This document shows positions 26,921 to 28,251 of a DNA stretch of 28,251 bases, one piece after another. The notes beneath the pieces are model-generated. The model saw only the letters and a program-made list of their open reading frames with translations, searched no databases and was not told the origin of the DNA. Source of the DNA: Gemmatimonadota bacterium. GTDB taxonomy: Bacteria; Latescibacterota; UBA2968; UBA8231. Each line of letters starts with the position of its first letter. Positions within the stretch are counted from its first letter, which is position 1. The stretch covers positions 1-28,251 of the forward strand of contig JAYOYH010000017.1 in assembly GCA_038153405.1 (NCBI GenBank), given 5' to 3'. A program made the position numbers and the translations under genes.

Positions 26921-27880
26921 GTGAACAACAACTTCCACCTCGACTTCGAACGGCCCATCGTCGAGTTAGAAAAGAAGATAGAAGAGCTTTCGCAGCAGGC
27001 CGATACAGACGGCCTCGAACTCGATCGCGAAATAGCCAACCTGCAGGCGCGCGTAGAGGAGCAGCGCCAGAAAATTTACAGCGATCTCAGCTCGTGGCAG
27101 AAAGTGCAGATTTCGCGTCATCCCAATCGGCCCTACGCACTAGACTACGTAGAGCGCATGCTGAGCGATTTTCGCGAACTGCACGGGGACCGCTACTACG
27201 GCGACGATCCTTCCGTCGTCGGCGGGCCGGCGCGCCTCGACGGCGAATCGATTATGGTCGTTGGCATTCAGAGCGGGCGCAACTTAGAAGAGCGCCAGCG
27301 GCGCAACTTCGGCATGCCACATCCCGAAGGCTATCGCAAGGCGCTGCGCTTGATGAAAATGGCCGCCAAGTTCGATATGCCGATCCTGACCATGGTCGAT
27401 ACATCGGGCGCGTATCCCGGCGTTGAGGCCGAAGAGCGTGGACAGGCCGAAGCGATTGCGCGCAATCTATACGAGATGTCGCATTTGCGCGTGCCCATCG
27501 TCGTCGCCATAACCGGGCAGGCCTTTAGCGGTGGGGCTATCGGCATAACGGTTGGTGATCGCATCCTGATGATGGAGCACTCCTGCTATTCGGTAATCGT
27601 ACCGGAGAGTTGCTCGACGATCCTTTTCAAGGTGCGCGAGCGCAAAGAGGAAGCCGCCGAAGCGCTCAAGCTAACGGCGAGTGACCTGCAAAAAGAAGGC
27701 ATTATCGATCGCATCGTCAGCGAGCCCTTTGGCGGGGCGCACCGCAACTGGGACGAGTCGGCGGCCAATTTAAAGCGGCACATTCTCGAAGCGCTGGCCG
27801 AACTGCGCACCCTGTCGGCCGACGAATTGATCGCACAGCGCATTGAGAAGTTTTCGGCGATGGCCCGGTATGAGGAATAG
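26921..27880 (+). CDS. accA: Acetyl-CoA carboxylase carboxyltransferase alpha subunit
   Basis: LDFERPI, SRHPNRPYALDY, ELHGDR, NFGMPHPEGYRKALR, AEERGQAEAIARN. GTG 26921 preferred (AAAGGG upstream) over 26894. Confidence 0.96.
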   Translation: MNNNFHLDFERPIVELEKKIEELSQQADTDGLELDREIANLQARVEEQRQKIYSDLSSWQKVQISRHPNRPYALDYVERMLSDFRELHGDRYYGDDPSVVGGPARLDGESIMVVGIQSGRNLEERQRRNFGMPHPEGYRKALRLMKMAAKFDMPILTMVDTSGAYPGVEAEERGQAEAIARNLYEMSHLRVPIVVAITGQAFSGGAIGITVGDRILMMEHSCYSVIVPESCSTILFKVRERKEEAAEALKLTASDLQKEGIIDRIVSEPFGGAHRNWDESAANLKRHILEALAELRTLSADELIAQRIEKFSAMARYEE

Positions 27881-27898
27881 ATCGCGCTGGTAATATGC

Positions 27899-27941
27899 CA
27901 AAGGCCCCCTGCACTACGTTGTGCAGGGGGCCTTTGTTTTT
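27899..27941 (+). terminator. Intrinsic terminator after accA (possibly bidirectional)
   Basis: 16-bp perfect stem CAAAGGCCCCCTGCAC/GTGCAGGGGGCCTTTG, 6-nt loop, then TTTTT; sits between convergent genes. Confidence 0.9.
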
Positions 27942-27958
27942 GTCGATTGCCGATGCGA

Positions 27959-28249
27959 TCAGATGCGGCGAATTCGATCGAGCAGTCGCTCCAAGCGGTC
28001 AAAGGCGACGCGGATCATATCTTCGTCCCAATCGCCGTCGATATTTATGCTCACAACTGAGCGCACTACGTCCAAATAGGCCTTTTGCTGTTCGGTGAGC
28101 GGTCGCGGCGGGCGATCCTGTAAGCTGGGCGCTGAAGGCTGTGCCGACGACGGCGTCGGCTCGCTGCGCTCTTGCCGCTGGACCGGGTTGCTGGTCTCTT
28201 GGCGCTGAGTGCTCTGTGACTGGCCGCGATCCTGGGGGCGGCTTTCCCG
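27959..28249 (-). CDS. 3' end of a convergent hypothetical protein (start outside window)
   Basis: Open minus-strand frame from the edge: Q/S/P/R-rich linker then PLTEQQKAYLDVVRSVVSINIDGDWDEDMIRVAFDRLERLLDRIRRI*. Absent from the ORF track. Confidence 0.7.
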   Translation of the reverse strand, partial: RESRPQDRGQSQSTQRQETSNPVQRQERSEPTPSSAQPSAPSLQDRPPRPLTEQQKAYLDVVRSVVSINIDGDWDEDMIRVAFDRLERLLDRIRRI

Positions 28250-28251
28250 GC

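Noticed and set aside
6461..27936. Shared AGGCCCCC/GGGGGCCT core in two hairpins as a repeat family
   Set aside because: Only 8 bp in common and both are ordinary terminators.
1..28251. CRISPR arrays, tRNA/rRNA, IS/integrase, defence or phage genes
   Set aside because: No spaced repeats, RNA-gene signatures or such protein motifs seen; GCGCGC runs reflect Ala/Arg codons.

Overview
GC-rich bacterial window; gene content (TonB-dependent receptor plus PorV-like barrel plus CTD-tailed secreted protein) suggests an FCB-group diderm such as Latescibacterota or a relative (inference only). Left half is accessory/envelope. (i) 1-6431: a 5'-truncated TonB-dependent receptor, an 840-aa secreted protein with an FN3-like domain and a T9SS-type C-terminal sorting domain, and a PorV/PorQ-like beta-barrel, closed by an intrinsic terminator. 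(ii) 6644-14946: a three-gene inner-membrane locus. It encodes a 1463-aa fusion of a catalytically degenerate M28/PA (nicalin/nicastrin-like) ectodomain with a MacB/FtsX permease, followed by two divergent OPT-superfamily-like transporters, with no ATPase gene. This is the best candidate for an uncharacterised system. (iii) 14947-17429, minus strand: a small membrane protein, a class V PLP enzyme lacking the desulfurase Cys, and an apparently leaderless GNAT. Right half is housekeeping: ilvC-leuA-leuC-leuD-cimA-argJ-aspC-like-accA, then a terminator and the 3' end of a convergent gene. Two non-coding-looking stretches of this operon hide short ORFs and alternative RNA structures: Leu/Ile-rich overlapping mini-ORFs before ilvC, and a strongly SD-led 43-codon ORF coupled to leuA. 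No rRNA, tRNA, CRISPR or mobile element was seen.
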